Of a stretch of 64,000 nt of DNA, positions 40,411 to 50,892 are shown piece after piece (positions within the stretch are counted from its first letter, which is position 1; each line of letters opens with the position of its first letter). The DNA lies in NCBI GenBank assembly GCA_018238545.1, contig JABCTC010000001.1, forward strand, positions 32,001 to 96,000, read 5' to 3'. A program made the position numbers and the translations under genes. Below the pieces are notes generated by a model. That model was not told the origin of the DNA. It saw nothing but the letters and a program-made list of their open reading frames with translations, and ran no database searches. Origin of the DNA: Candidatus Heimdallarchaeota archaeon. Lineage in GTDB: Archaea > Asgardarchaeota > Heimdallarchaeia > Heimdallarchaeales > Heimdallarchaeaceae.

Positions 40411-42387
40411 ATGAAAAAAAACAAATTCTCTTTTGTATCAATAAGAAATGTAATTATGTTTTTTATTGTATTTAGTCTAGTTTTTCAAGCCACCAACCTT
40501 AGTCTTGCAGAACTAGAAGGTGAAAATCATCCAAATCATGAACTTAACCTAACTTCTACCGATGGTATAGTTATAGGTGATGCAAATATCACTTTATACA
40601 CCTCAGGTGGTAGTGGTAATGCAGGTGACCCCTATATAATCGAAGATTTGCATGTGAATACAACTGATAAATATGCATTGTATTTCGATTCAGTCACACA
40701 CTATTTTGAAGTGAGAGATTCAACATTGTTTGGTGATGGTTATGGAATGTACGTTAAAAATCCTGGTGCTCACTTTGAAGTAATAAATTCGACTTTTATA
40801 GGTGGTACTTATGGTGTCTATATCTCAAGTGGATTTGTGTTAGATATAGCAAATTTTAACGACTGCTACATAGAAGGATCTCTTTCAATAGGTGGATCAA
40901 ACGTTCATGGATTGAACATCCACCATAGCACGATGGTTCACAATCAAGGAACAACTTATTATAGTAGACTGAATTTCACAAACAATATTGTTTATGCACG
41001 TGGAAGCTCGTTAATGGGAATACAACATTATGACAATATAGTGAAAAATAACATTTTCTATGGTAATAATTCCTACTTCAGAAATATGAGAGCAGTGAAT
41101 TCAACAATCGAAGATAATGTCTTCTACAACTCAAGTTTTTACATTTATGATGATGATTTGGCAGATATGCTGAGCAATACTTATTCTAATAATGCAATTA
41201 ATGGTAAACCCTTTGGTTTTCTTTATGATATCTCAGATACAACAATTACAGATGAATATGGTCAAATATACTTGCTTAATTCAGATAATGTAGAAATTAG
41301 TAATGTTGATTTTGTAAACGTGTATATGGGAATACAAGCGTTTAACTGTTCAAACTTGCTTATTGAAAGTGTAACTGTGATTGGATATAAGGGGATCTTA
41401 CTAGAATTCGTGAATAATTTAGCAGTTAAAGATTCAACCTTCTATTGCTATAGTACAGGAATATATATATCCAATGTAGAAGACTTAACTGTTCAAAACA
41501 ACTATTACGAAGGATACTCATATGGCTTTGAGATCTATAATTTCGTAAATTACAAAATTAACAACAATACTATCTATTATTCTACAGAAACAGGTGTATA
41601 TTTCGAAAATGGAGAAGAAGGGGAATTAAAGTATAATATAATCATTTGTGAGATAGAAGATGAAGGAAGCCAGTTGCCTATCTATCTTTGGGATATATAT
41701 AATACAAGTATATACTATAATGTTTTCATAGGGTTGGGGAATGAAACAGCATATCTAGCATATGAAGGATCTTGTGATAACGTAACTTGGTATAATCCTA
41801 CTTTAGAAATTGGTAATTTCTGGTCAAGCTGGAACCAATCAGGAGCTTATCAGATAGAAGGAGATGGGAATCTTGATCTGTATCCAATGATAGATTTCGA
41901 TGGAGATACATTGAATGAAACAATGGAAGTATTGGTTTACTTTACTGATCCTTTTAATAGTGACAGCGATTTTGATGGTTTAACTGACGATGAAGAGATT
42001 TTTACATATGGAACTGATCCTAACGATGAAGATGGGGACGATGATAATCTATCAGATGGTGAAGAAATTCTAGTTTATGGTAGTGATCCTCAGAATAACG
42101 ACACTGATTCAGATGGTCTAGATGATGGGGAAGAGGTTCTTATTTATGAAACATCACCAACAAATAACGACACTGATTCTGATGGTTTTTCAGATTATGA
42201 AGAAGTAGTGGCTGGAACTGATCCTTTAAACTCTTCCAGTTTTCCATATCTGGAACCACCTAATACTCCATCTTACCTTGGTCTCATTTTAGGTCTAACA
42301 GGAGGATTTCTAGCAGTAGCTGGTGCGACTGTTTATGTTCTAATAAAGAAAGGTGTAATTAAGCTTCCAAAGAAAATAACAAAATAA
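40411..42387 (+). CDS. Tandem paralog beta-helix surface protein with Ca-binding repeats
   Basis: Collinear with 38374 (NGKPFG, YGQIY, YYNVFIGLGNE); C-terminal TM. Confidence 0.85.
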   Translation: MKKNKFSFVSIRNVIMFFIVFSLVFQATNLSLAELEGENHPNHELNLTSTDGIVIGDANITLYTSGGSGNAGDPYIIEDLHVNTTDKYALYFDSVTHYFEVRDSTLFGDGYGMYVKNPGAHFEVINSTFIGGTYGVYISSGFVLDIANFNDCYIEGSLSIGGSNVHGLNIHHSTMVHNQGTTYYSRLNFTNNIVYARGSSLMGIQHYDNIVKNNIFYGNNSYFRNMRAVNSTIEDNVFYNSSFYIYDDDLADMLSNTYSNNAINGKPFGFLYDISDTTITDEYGQIYLLNSDNVEISNVDFVNVYMGIQAFNCSNLLIESVTVIGYKGILLEFVNNLAVKDSTFYCYSTGIYISNVEDLTVQNNYYEGYSYGFEIYNFVNYKINNNTIYYSTETGVYFENGEEGELKYNIIICEIEDEGSQLPIYLWDIYNTSIYYNVFIGLGNETAYLAYEGSCDNVTWYNPTLEIGNFWSSWNQSGAYQIEGDGNLDLYPMIDFDGDTLNETMEVLVYFTDPFNSDSDFDGLTDDEEIFTYGTDPNDEDGDDDNLSDGEEILVYGSDPQNNDTDSDGLDDGEEVLIYETSPTNNDTDSDGFSDYEEVVAGTDPLNSSSFPYLEPPNTPSYLGLILGLTGGFLAVAGATVYVLIKKGVIKLPKKITK

Positions 42388-42500
42388 TTACTTCCTTTTT
42401 TTCTTTTCTTTTCACAATTCCCTTTATTCCCTAACTTATGGCCCTTTTGTATAGATATTTAAGGAATAAACTAATTGTCTAAGCTTAAGGAGTTGTTAAG

Positions 42501-43271
42501 ATGGAAGAAGAATTCAGTGATGAGCTACCAAAAGAAGAGCTTAGTGATGATGTAAAGGAAGAGCTTGAAGAGGAGCTTGAGGAACTTATTGAAGAAGTAG
42601 AAGAAGAAATCGACGAAGAACTCAAAGAAGAAGAAGAAGAAGAACCAGTAGATGAGCTTGTCGAGGAACTAAAAGAAATAGCCGAAGATGAAGATGACAT
42701 AGAAGAGATTGAGGAAGAAACTGTTGAAGAAGTGATTGAAGAATCTGTAGAAGATGTAGTAGAAGACATTATAGAAGAAATCGACGAAGAACCTGTAGAT
42801 GAAGAGATCATTGAAGAAATCGTTGAAGATATTGTCGAAGTGGAAGACAAACCTGAAGAAGAAACAGAGAAAGTAGAACCTATACTAGAAGCAATACCTG
42901 AAGAAGACGTTAAAATAGGTGGTAAGCTTCAAATTACACTCTTAGATGTTCCAGGAGAAGTTATTCCTTTTGGATATGATCTATCTAAAAACAAGTTAGT
43001 GATTAATGAAAACGAAGCCATGAAGGTTAAAATACTATATTCCTGGTTTTATGGTCAAAAGAAGAGTTTAGATGAGATATCAGCTGCTACAAGATTAACA
43101 ATTGATCAAATTGAAGAAATACTTGGAAATCCAATATACTTTGGAAAGATTTTCTTTGAAGATTCCCTTCAACTAGGTGATTATCAGCAAATACTTACTG
43201 AAAAATATTGTAGAATAAACAAAATCGATGCAACAAAGATAGAGGAAGAATATCTTTCTGCAAAAGCATAA
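42501..43271 (+). CDS. Hypothetical protein with a highly acidic low-complexity N-terminus
   Basis: About 135 aa Glu/Asp-rich tract followed by a globular region. Confidence 0.75.
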   Translation: MEEEFSDELPKEELSDDVKEELEEELEELIEEVEEEIDEELKEEEEEEPVDELVEELKEIAEDEDDIEEIEEETVEEVIEESVEDVVEDIIEEIDEEPVDEEIIEEIVEDIVEVEDKPEEETEKVEPILEAIPEEDVKIGGKLQITLLDVPGEVIPFGYDLSKNKLVINENEAMKVKILYSWFYGQKKSLDEISAATRLTIDQIEEILGNPIYFGKIFFEDSLQLGDYQQILTEKYCRINKIDATKIEEEYLSAKA

Positions 43272-43317
43272 GAACGTCAATTGAGTAAACTCAATTTTCT
43301 TTTCGCTTTTTTTACTA

Positions 43318-43411
43318 TTTTAAGCCAATAATCTATTGTTTCATATCTCCTAATTATTTCTTTTTTCTCCTCAATATCCGCTTTTTTATGTTCCAAATCC
43401 CAAATGGAAAC
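43318..43411 (-). repeat. Orphan copy of the 3' end of gene 44095-44460
   Basis: 43330-43411 matches 44106-44187 at 73/82. Confidence 0.9.
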
Positions 43412-43487
43412 ATGATTTCTCTTCTTTTATAGCTGTTTTGTGTTAAAAAGGAAAAGGATTATTAAGCTAAAAACCACTGTTTCATTA

Positions 43488-43676
43488 ATGACAGTAGAGT
43501 CGGAATTAGAAGAAATAAAGAAACAAATGCATGAAATTTCTAAGAAATTAGATGATTTGCTTTCAGATAGAGATGTAATTGCTATGTTAAAACTATCAGA
43601 GCTTTCTCTAAAGGAATTTCTTGACAATGAACCGAATCTATATTCACTTGAAGATCTAAAGGTTAGATATCAATGA
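43488..43676 (+). CDS. Antitoxin for MazF/PemK
   Basis: ATG at 43488; FLDNEPNLYS acidic tail; ATGA overlap with the toxin. Confidence 0.8.
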   Translation: MTVESELEEIKKQMHEISKKLDDLLSDRDVIAMLKLSELSLKEFLDNEPNLYSLEDLKVRYQ

Positions 43677-44002
43677 AAGGTAAATTTGTTCTCTTACCCT
43701 TTCCGTTCACAGATCTAACAAAAGCTAAGTTACGTCCAGCTCTTATTATTTTTGAAAGCACAAAAGATGTTATTGTCAGTTTTATCTCTTCAAAAATACC
43801 TGATACAATATTGGATACAGAAATCTTGCTTACTGTTAATAATAAAGATTTTCAACTTTCAGGATTGAAGGTAGATTCAGTAATTAAGCTTGATAAAATT
43901 GCAACTATATTGAAGGATTTGATTATTGGAGAGATTGGTGAAGTTGGGAATGATTTAAGAAAAGAAGTTAATGCTAAACTATCCAAGATTCTCCGAATTT
44001 AG
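43673..44002 (+). CDS. mazF: MazF/PemK family toxin
   Basis: PFPFTD, KLRPAL and GLKVDS motifs. Confidence 0.92.
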   Translation: MKGKFVLLPFPFTDLTKAKLRPALIIFESTKDVIVSFISSKIPDTILDTEILLTVNNKDFQLSGLKVDSVIKLDKIATILKDLIIGEIGEVGNDLRKEVNAKLSKILRI

Positions 44003-44094
44003 TAGCAATGCTGAATATTGACATAGCAGGTAAGAGAAAAATAATCCGTGCTAACTGTATCTCTTAATATAGCAATAAACAAGACATTGTGTTT

Positions 44095-44460
44095 TTAAGC
44101 TAAAAAATCTATTGTTTCATATCTCCTAATTATCTCTTTTTTCTCTTCAATATCTGCTTTCTTGTGCTCTAAATCCCAAACAGAAACCTCTTTTATTTCT
44201 TGCCAATCCAGAAAAGAGATTTTAGCGATAGAGAATTTTTCATTTTTGTCCATGATTATCTTCGCTTCTTCTACCAATTTTTCAACAGTAAGTCTTATCT
44301 GAAGATACTGAGAAAACTGATGATAACTGTGCCAGAATTCTTTGAATAAATCGTTCATAGAGACCTCTCCTTTATCCTTCAACAATTCCTCAATTTTCTC
44401 TTCCAGAACCCTTTTTGTTAACTCCCTTAGTTCTTCCGTATCACCCCAGAGATGTGGCAT
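44095..44460 (-). CDS. Hypothetical protein, possibly winged-helix
   Basis: Coding constraint shown by synonymous differences with its orphan copy. Confidence 0.75.
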   Translation of the reverse strand: MPHLWGDTEELRELTKRVLEEKIEELLKDKGEVSMNDLFKEFWHSYHQFSQYLQIRLTVEKLVEEAKIIMDKNEKFSIAKISFLDWQEIKEVSVWDLEHKKADIEEKKEIIRRYETIDFLA

Positions 44461-44552
44461 ATTACTTTCAGAACTCTCTCTTGGTCGAAACTATTAAAGA
44501 GCAAAAGAAAGAAGGAGACAGTAATAAAGTATAGAAAGGGAAAAAAGGATTT

Positions 44553-45431
44553 TTAAAAAGTTGCGCCACAATTTTGGCAAAATTTTGCAGCTATTGGTTG
44601 TTTTGCTCCGCAACTTGCACAGAATTTTGTATCGGCTTGAAGATTTGATTCAGTCTGTTGAGTTCCGTATGATGTCTCCTGAGGTGCACTTGTTCCTAGA
44701 CCTATTTGAGTTGTTAATGGTAAAACATACATGATTTCTTTACTTAGTGTTTTTAATCCGAATAGAAGAAATATGAAACCTAGTATAGAACCAAAGAATC
44801 CAAATATGGTAAAGAAGTTAATAATTGATGCAATTAGATTGATGGAAACTGCAATTAGAAGAGTAATTGTTGGTGGTTGAGGATATCTCTTTGATTTTTG
44901 ATATTCAGAAAACAGTTTGTAGATAAAGAAAGCACCTGTTGCTAACGATAAATTACCAACTAACATAAGTGCTGCCCCCCCATATCTGGGGACAAAAGCA
45001 CCAAAAATTGAACTAATTATATACCCGTAAATTGCATAACTAACATATCGGGCATTTATGGAACCTGAATCAATTGTTGAAAGTTTATGAAAACCAGAAC
45101 CAAGTTTAAATGTGTTTATAATTACTTGAATTGCTAATGCTAGCACTATAAGTACAGGTATGAACATTATGATAACAAACACTAAAGCAATTGCTAGAAT
45201 TTCAGGTGCAAACATTGCTCCTATTAGAGCATATATCGATAGTGTTGCTAGACTAAACCCTATTGTTGGCACTAAGAAACCTATAATTAAGACAGAAAAC
45301 ATGATTCCAAGTGCAAAGCCAATAATGACTAACCAACTTAAGTAATTAGATATTCGCTTTGAACTATCAGCGATCTTCATTTTAACAGAGTCAAATGGTG
45401 TGGTTGGATATGCTTGAGCCATTTTAATCAC
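44553..45431 (-). CDS. Membrane protein with C-terminal zinc ribbon
   Basis: Several TMs; FCASCG...FCQNCG. Confidence 0.85.
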   Translation of the reverse strand: MIKMAQAYPTTPFDSVKMKIADSSKRISNYLSWLVIIGFALGIMFSVLIIGFLVPTIGFSLATLSIYALIGAMFAPEILAIALVFVIIMFIPVLIVLALAIQVIINTFKLGSGFHKLSTIDSGSINARYVSYAIYGYIISSIFGAFVPRYGGAALMLVGNLSLATGAFFIYKLFSEYQKSKRYPQPPTITLLIAVSINLIASIINFFTIFGFFGSILGFIFLLFGLKTLSKEIMYVLPLTTQIGLGTSAPQETSYGTQQTESNLQADTKFCASCGAKQPIAAKFCQNCGATF

Positions 45432-45575
45432 GATAGATAAACGATTCTTACAATTATAAATATCTATTCCTTTTCTCTTGTTTCCGTAAATCGAAGACTT
45501 AATACTACGATAAGTAACATTAACTATAAATATCCAAAAGACACTTTTGATACAAAAACAATCGAGGTCCTTATA

Positions 45576-48428
45576 GTGATAAAAAAGAGAAGTTTAGTTT
45601 CAATTTTTATATTAATTATTTTCTTGAGCAGTCTTGGGATTTCAGTTAGTTCGGCAGAGACAAGTTCAACAACTTCTGAAAACATAACTGATAGTATATC
45701 CTCAATCTCATCCTTTCCTTCAGAGGAAAGCATGGTAGATTATAGGATAGTTCAGATTGATGAAAACCAAAATCTAGATGGAAATATCTTCCAAGACAGC
45801 TTTGAATCAAAATTATTGGAAAGTGACAAAACAGTAATTTTCGATGCTATACTATCTTTTGATAGACCGGTAGGAGCTGATGAACAGATCTTTTTCTCAA
45901 AGAACGATATTGAAATTGTTTCAGAATATGATGTGATTTATGGTATGCATGTAAGAGGAACAGCTGAATCTATTCTTCTGCTAAATGATTTGAAAAACGC
46001 TCTTTACATTGAAGAAAATGCTGTAGGAGAAGCTTTACTCTACAATGTTACCGAACAGTTTGGCGTGAGAGATATTTGGCAAGCTTCCTTAGGGATGGGT
46101 TATACAGGTAACTCTGATAAAGCAATAGCAATTCTAGATACTGGTATAGATGACACTCATTTAGATTCAGCTTTTACTCTTGCTTATTGGCAAGATTTCG
46201 TTGGAGCAAACGCTTCACTATCTAGTCCCGTTTATTATCCTACTGCTACAGACCTAGCTGAGCATGGTACACATTGTGCAAGCATTGCTGCATCTTCAGG
46301 AGCTCAAACAACAACTGGAGCTTGGAAAGTAACCGATTCAGGATTCTTTCCAATAACAGATGGTTGGCACTATTATGGAACTGGATTTTACATTCCAACA
46401 GCTCAAACAGTAACAATAAATTTCTCCTGGTCAAACTCCGGTGGTACAGTATATGTTGGTTTTGAAGATGAATTAGGAGTAGATGTAGCTAATAATTACT
46501 TTAGTCCTGCAAGTGGAGGAGTAGGAACATTTTCTTATTCGATTTCATCTGCTGGTTGGTACTGGCCTTATTATGGAAGTGTTTCAGGAGAAGCAGGTAA
46601 TTTCTATTCTGCTGAAGTGGCATATAATTCAGGTTGGACAAATCCTTATACCGATGGAAGAGGACCTTTCACAGGTGTAGCTCCTGATAGCCAGATTGTA
46701 GGATTAAAGGTTTTAGATGATTTTGGAATAACCTATACTTCTCAATTCTTATTAGGTTTGGATTGGTTGTATAACAATGGTCAAGATTATGATGTGACTG
46801 TGGCGAGTATGAGTTTGGGTTTTGGACAAATTGTATCTTCTGTGGATACGGCTATCACAAATATTGTGAGAAACAAAGGTATCGTTTGTGTAGCAGCTGC
46901 TGGTAATGGTGGAACCTCAGCTGGAGGTATATTCTCTCCAGCTTCATGTGTTGATGTAATTTCTGTTGGTGCGGTAAATAAAGCTAATGAAATTGCTTAT
47001 TACAGTAGTGTTGGTACTGCACTTTACCCACATATTGATGTTGTAGCTCCAGGAGGGTCATGGGCTTACAGTGGCAGTGCAGCTCCATATCAACCTATTA
47101 TAGCTGGAGATTCTAATGATGGAGATGAAGCATATAGTTATGTAACCTCTTCATATCAAACACCTGGAATAGATTATTACAGTAACAACTTTCGAGGAAT
47201 GCAAGGAACAAGTATGGCCTGCCCATTTGTTGCTGGAGTAGCTCAACTAGTTATTGATGCTATGATTGATGCTGGAGAATGGGAATACTCTTGGGCTGTT
47301 GCAAAGAAAGTTAAACAGATAATCTGTATGGGCACATCAGAATTAAGAAATCTAGAAGCAACTTTAGCTAATGGAGGAGAAACTTATGATGGAGATAGCG
47401 ATGGCACTCCGCAAGTTACTCCAATTAATCGAGTAACAAAAGATTACACTGAAGGATGGGGATCAATCTATCCTATTGCAGCTATTGAAGCTGTTACAAG
47501 TTGGATGACTGTAGGAACACCAGAAACTGTTTCTCTTTCAGGTAAATTAGGTGAAACACGTGTTATCATCAGACAAGTAGATCTCGAGAGTGGTACCCTT
47601 TATCGAATGGAAGGAAACTTTACAGTGACTAATTTTATTGATGCTGATCTATTGCTTTTCCGAGAAAATCCTAGTGAAACTGGTGATCCTATGCTTTATG
47701 CTGCTTGTACTTTAGGAATTGTAGCAAATGAATCAATAATTTTCAATGTTCCAGAAGATGGTACATATTATTTTGTTGTTAAGTGGGTCGATGGTAGTTA
47801 TCAAGGAGACTGTAAATTTTCTATTGATCGTATAATTAATCTCCAATCTCATAATTATGGAGACATTCTGCAATCAGGCACAAAAATCACTTTCAATATT
47901 GATACAACAAGTCTAACATCATTGATCTACAAGTGGGACACTAATGCTCCAATAGCATTCAGCTCCCCCTATGAAGTTTACCTTCCAGTAGGTGATGGAG
48001 AACATGCTGTAACAATATACATGCAGGATACTTGGGGAAACAACGCAGAAATCTTCTATGCGTTCGTCACAGATGACACGAAACCTATCATACTCTTAGA
48101 TGGCGTTTCAAACAACGATGAAATAACTGCAACACAAAATATCTCTGTGAATATCGTTGAAGCTCATCTCCAAGGAGTGGTTTATCACTGGGATACAAGT
48201 ACTGATCAAGCTTGGGCAGAACCTTATACAACTACGGCGCCTAAGAGTGTAGGAATCCATACTTTGTCTGTAACAGCAACGGATGTAGCAGGAAACCAAG
48301 AAACAACAATTTTCACTTTTGAAGTTATCGGATCAACAACAGATCCTACAGGCAATTTCATGATACCTGTGTTTGCTGCCATATTCTCACTGATGCTGGT
48401 TGCAGTAATTCGAAGAAAGAAAAAATAA
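45576..48428 (+). CDS. Membrane-anchored S8 subtilisin-like serine protease
   Basis: ILDTGID, HGTHCA, AAGN and GTSMACP; signal peptide; C-terminal TM plus RRKKK. Confidence 0.95.
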   Translation: MIKKRSLVSIFILIIFLSSLGISVSSAETSSTTSENITDSISSISSFPSEESMVDYRIVQIDENQNLDGNIFQDSFESKLLESDKTVIFDAILSFDRPVGADEQIFFSKNDIEIVSEYDVIYGMHVRGTAESILLLNDLKNALYIEENAVGEALLYNVTEQFGVRDIWQASLGMGYTGNSDKAIAILDTGIDDTHLDSAFTLAYWQDFVGANASLSSPVYYPTATDLAEHGTHCASIAASSGAQTTTGAWKVTDSGFFPITDGWHYYGTGFYIPTAQTVTINFSWSNSGGTVYVGFEDELGVDVANNYFSPASGGVGTFSYSISSAGWYWPYYGSVSGEAGNFYSAEVAYNSGWTNPYTDGRGPFTGVAPDSQIVGLKVLDDFGITYTSQFLLGLDWLYNNGQDYDVTVASMSLGFGQIVSSVDTAITNIVRNKGIVCVAAAGNGGTSAGGIFSPASCVDVISVGAVNKANEIAYYSSVGTALYPHIDVVAPGGSWAYSGSAAPYQPIIAGDSNDGDEAYSYVTSSYQTPGIDYYSNNFRGMQGTSMACPFVAGVAQLVIDAMIDAGEWEYSWAVAKKVKQIICMGTSELRNLEATLANGGETYDGDSDGTPQVTPINRVTKDYTEGWGSIYPIAAIEAVTSWMTVGTPETVSLSGKLGETRVIIRQVDLESGTLYRMEGNFTVTNFIDADLLLFRENPSETGDPMLYAACTLGIVANESIIFNVPEDGTYYFVVKWVDGSYQGDCKFSIDRIINLQSHNYGDILQSGTKITFNIDTTSLTSLIYKWDTNAPIAFSSPYEVYLPVGDGEHAVTIYMQDTWGNNAEIFYAFVTDDTKPIILLDGVSNNDEITATQNISVNIVEAHLQGVVYHWDTSTDQAWAEPYTTTAPKSVGIHTLSVTATDVAGNQETTIFTFEVIGSTTDPTGNFMIPVFAAIFSLMLVAVIRRKKK

Positions 48429-48689
48429 CTTTCTCTTTTTCACTTTTTTTTCTCTTTTTCTTAAACTAAAACGATTATCTTACAGAAGATTAGATTTAAA
48501 ATATCTATTGCAAATAGTACTACGTTGAGGAAAATGATTTAGTTACCCCTGGCGGAAAAATTGAAGAGAATTGCATAATATGATTTCTCAACTTCTTATG
48601 ATAAAGATATAATTATATTTCCTTTAGTTTTGATTTTCTAGTCTCCTTCCATCAAAATGATTATTAATATCAAAAAAAAACTCTAAATA

Positions 48690-49046
48690 ATGTTACCGAA
48701 AAAATTACATGTCTTCTGGTATAGAAAACTGTTTTTAGACATAAGAAGTGAAACGAGTCTAAAGCGAATACTATGGATAGGGAGCTTCTTAATGATCTTG
48801 AATGTAGTTCTAGTAATAGGCTTGGTAATGTTAGCTCTGATTTTATACCAGCTTAACTCAGTTGATGGGTTAAGTACAAACGAATTCATCTATACTGCAG
48901 TATCTTTTGTGAGTGGGTTGTTATTGCTTGCACCTCTTTTTCTAATATTTGTTCCTGGGATGCGCGCTCTTTTCTATGAAAGGGTTAGAAGAGATAAAAT
49001 AGCTGGGGAAGAAGCTGCTAAAAAAGAAACTAAAAATAGAAAATAA
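48690..49046 (+). CDS. Two-TM membrane protein
   Basis: Two hydrophobic segments; start uncertain. Confidence 0.6.
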   Translation: MLPKKLHVFWYRKLFLDIRSETSLKRILWIGSFLMILNVVLVIGLVMLALILYQLNSVDGLSTNEFIYTAVSFVSGLLLLAPLFLIFVPGMRALFYERVRRDKIAGEEAAKKETKNRK

Positions 49047-49180
49047 ATACCATAATGACAAATAATAACATTTTCTTCAAGATTTATTTACTGAAAATAC
49101 ATTTTGTATTTAAGCCCCACAAGAAATTTTGTGACAAGTACGCAATTAAACTGCAATTAAAAAAAACATCTTCTTAAAAG

Positions 49181-50119
49181 GTGGTCTTCTTTGTTAGATT
49201 AAGACATGGTGAATCTACAATGGCAGTAGAAACAGTGGCAATTCGAAATACAGAGGAAAGCTTGGGCACGTACATCAGTGCTCAAGACTTATCCCTGATA
49301 TTATCTCCAGCTCTCCGAAAGCAGAGCATAGTTCGTTCTTATTTTACGAGTAATGAAGAAGATCGAACAAATAGGATAATGGATTTTATTAACAGCATAG
49401 CTAATGTGTTCTTTGAACACTATCCTAGCAAAATTATTACTGAGATAGTTATACAATTTCAAAGACTTCTTCCTGAATTTCTTGAAGATTACGGTGATAA
49501 TCGTTACTTCACCAAGAAGCATGCTGCTAATTATTATCTAGCTCTTCTAGATTTTAGGCTCAATATGGTTGGTGCTAAACTCAGCCCTAAACATGTTGAT
49601 CTTGTTAGGAACTTGCTCGATATTAAAAAAAGTAAGATACTTAGTTACTTCTCAGTAAAAAAGGTTCAAGCTGATCTTCTAACTTCAGGTTATTTACAAA
49701 GGAAAAAACGCGAAGTATTTAGCCCTATGTTGAAGAATCGTGTATCACAAATGATTAATGAGTTCATATTAGTATTTCCTAAATTAGAGATGGATCTAGA
49801 ATCTTTACAAAAAACGGCGTATGATTTAATCGACGAGAAACTGATCCCCAGAATTAATGTTGAGGAAGCAGCGTTAGTAATTGTAACTTCTCTCCTACCT
49901 TATCACCTTTCTGAGAGAGGGTTGATGGGTAGTTTTTGGATAATTATTCGAGATAAATATCATATTGAGCTAGAATATCTTAAAAGAAAGGTTTATCGTT
50001 ATCGTTCTCTGCTTAAGAAAAGTGCTTTTATTACTGAAATGGGTTTAGGTTTGGGTTTAAATAATTCTGTGGAAGAGAAAAAACATGGTTATTCCTCCTT
50101 GGTTAACGAGTTTGTATGA
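49181..50119 (+). CDS. Hypothetical helical protein, possibly divergent TFIIB/cyclin fold
   Basis: Weak pattern similarity to TFB cyclin repeats; likely start at MAVETV. Confidence 0.5.
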   Translation: MVFFVRLRHGESTMAVETVAIRNTEESLGTYISAQDLSLILSPALRKQSIVRSYFTSNEEDRTNRIMDFINSIANVFFEHYPSKIITEIVIQFQRLLPEFLEDYGDNRYFTKKHAANYYLALLDFRLNMVGAKLSPKHVDLVRNLLDIKKSKILSYFSVKKVQADLLTSGYLQRKKREVFSPMLKNRVSQMINEFILVFPKLEMDLESLQKTAYDLIDEKLIPRINVEEAALVIVTSLLPYHLSERGLMGSFWIIIRDKYHIELEYLKRKVYRYRSLLKKSAFITEMGLGLGLNNSVEEKKHGYSSLVNEFV

Positions 50120-50825
50120 GACATTTATAGGAATATTCACAGGGACAGTAAGAGTCACTTTCCTTGTAGTTCTCATTCTTTTTGTTACTAAATTCCTATG
50201 GGATATCCTTAGCGATTGGCTCTTCAAAGATGTCAAGAAATATTTTAACTACTTATTCTTCCCTGGAGCTTTCTTCCATCAACTAGCTCATTCACTAGTG
50301 ATCAAACTTTTTGGATACAAAGTCAAGGTAAATTTTCACATGAGTTACGGTTTACGCGATATCAGTTCTCAAAGTTTGTCAGGAGAGCTTAAAAATGTTG
50401 TACATGCCTTCTTTATCGGTATTGCTCCCCTCTTTAATTTCGTTATAGTTGCTCTTCTAATACAATTTCATCCCGAATTTATTGCTTTCTTCGAATATGC
50501 AAATTTCAGTCTTGGAAACTGGTTTATTATCTACCTTATTGTCTGCTTTGCATATTTTGGAATGCCAGATTTTTCCGACTTGATGCTTCCGTTTACAACT
50601 GCAACTGCTCGTCACGCTGAAATAATCTTCCTGTTGATGGTAGGTTTTTTCAGTTTTGTAATCGCAATTAGTTTGTGGGGATGGTTTATTCCTTTGATCA
50701 ACCTTATCATTTACTCAATAGTCTTGATTTACCTTGCAGAGAAAGAATTTTTCACAAGACGGAAAACTCCTATCCAAGATGGTTTTGAGCCTAAAGATGA
50801 TTCAGTTGATAAAAAACCCCAGTAA
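50085..50825 (+). CDS. Membrane zincin/M50-like protein with HQxxH
   Basis: FPGAFFHQLAH, IAP and PDFSD motifs within TM segments. Confidence 0.6.
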   Translation: MVIPPWLTSLYETFIGIFTGTVRVTFLVVLILFVTKFLWDILSDWLFKDVKKYFNYLFFPGAFFHQLAHSLVIKLFGYKVKVNFHMSYGLRDISSQSLSGELKNVVHAFFIGIAPLFNFVIVALLIQFHPEFIAFFEYANFSLGNWFIIYLIVCFAYFGMPDFSDLMLPFTTATARHAEIIFLLMVGFFSFVIAISLWGWFIPLINLIIYSIVLIYLAEKEFFTRRKTPIQDGFEPKDDSVDKKPQ

Positions 50826-50892
50826 ATGCAAAAAGATTTTAACCTTACAAATTACTATAAACTATAACTTCAAAACATTTAGGTGATTTACA

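Noticed and set aside
42485-42850. Ser-rich minus-strand ORF and other short overlapping ORFs in the track
   Set aside because: Antisense or out-of-frame shadows of well-supported genes.
48530-48620. Possible NUDIX or AbiEii gene fragment
   Set aside because: Two incompatible readings, each too short to support.
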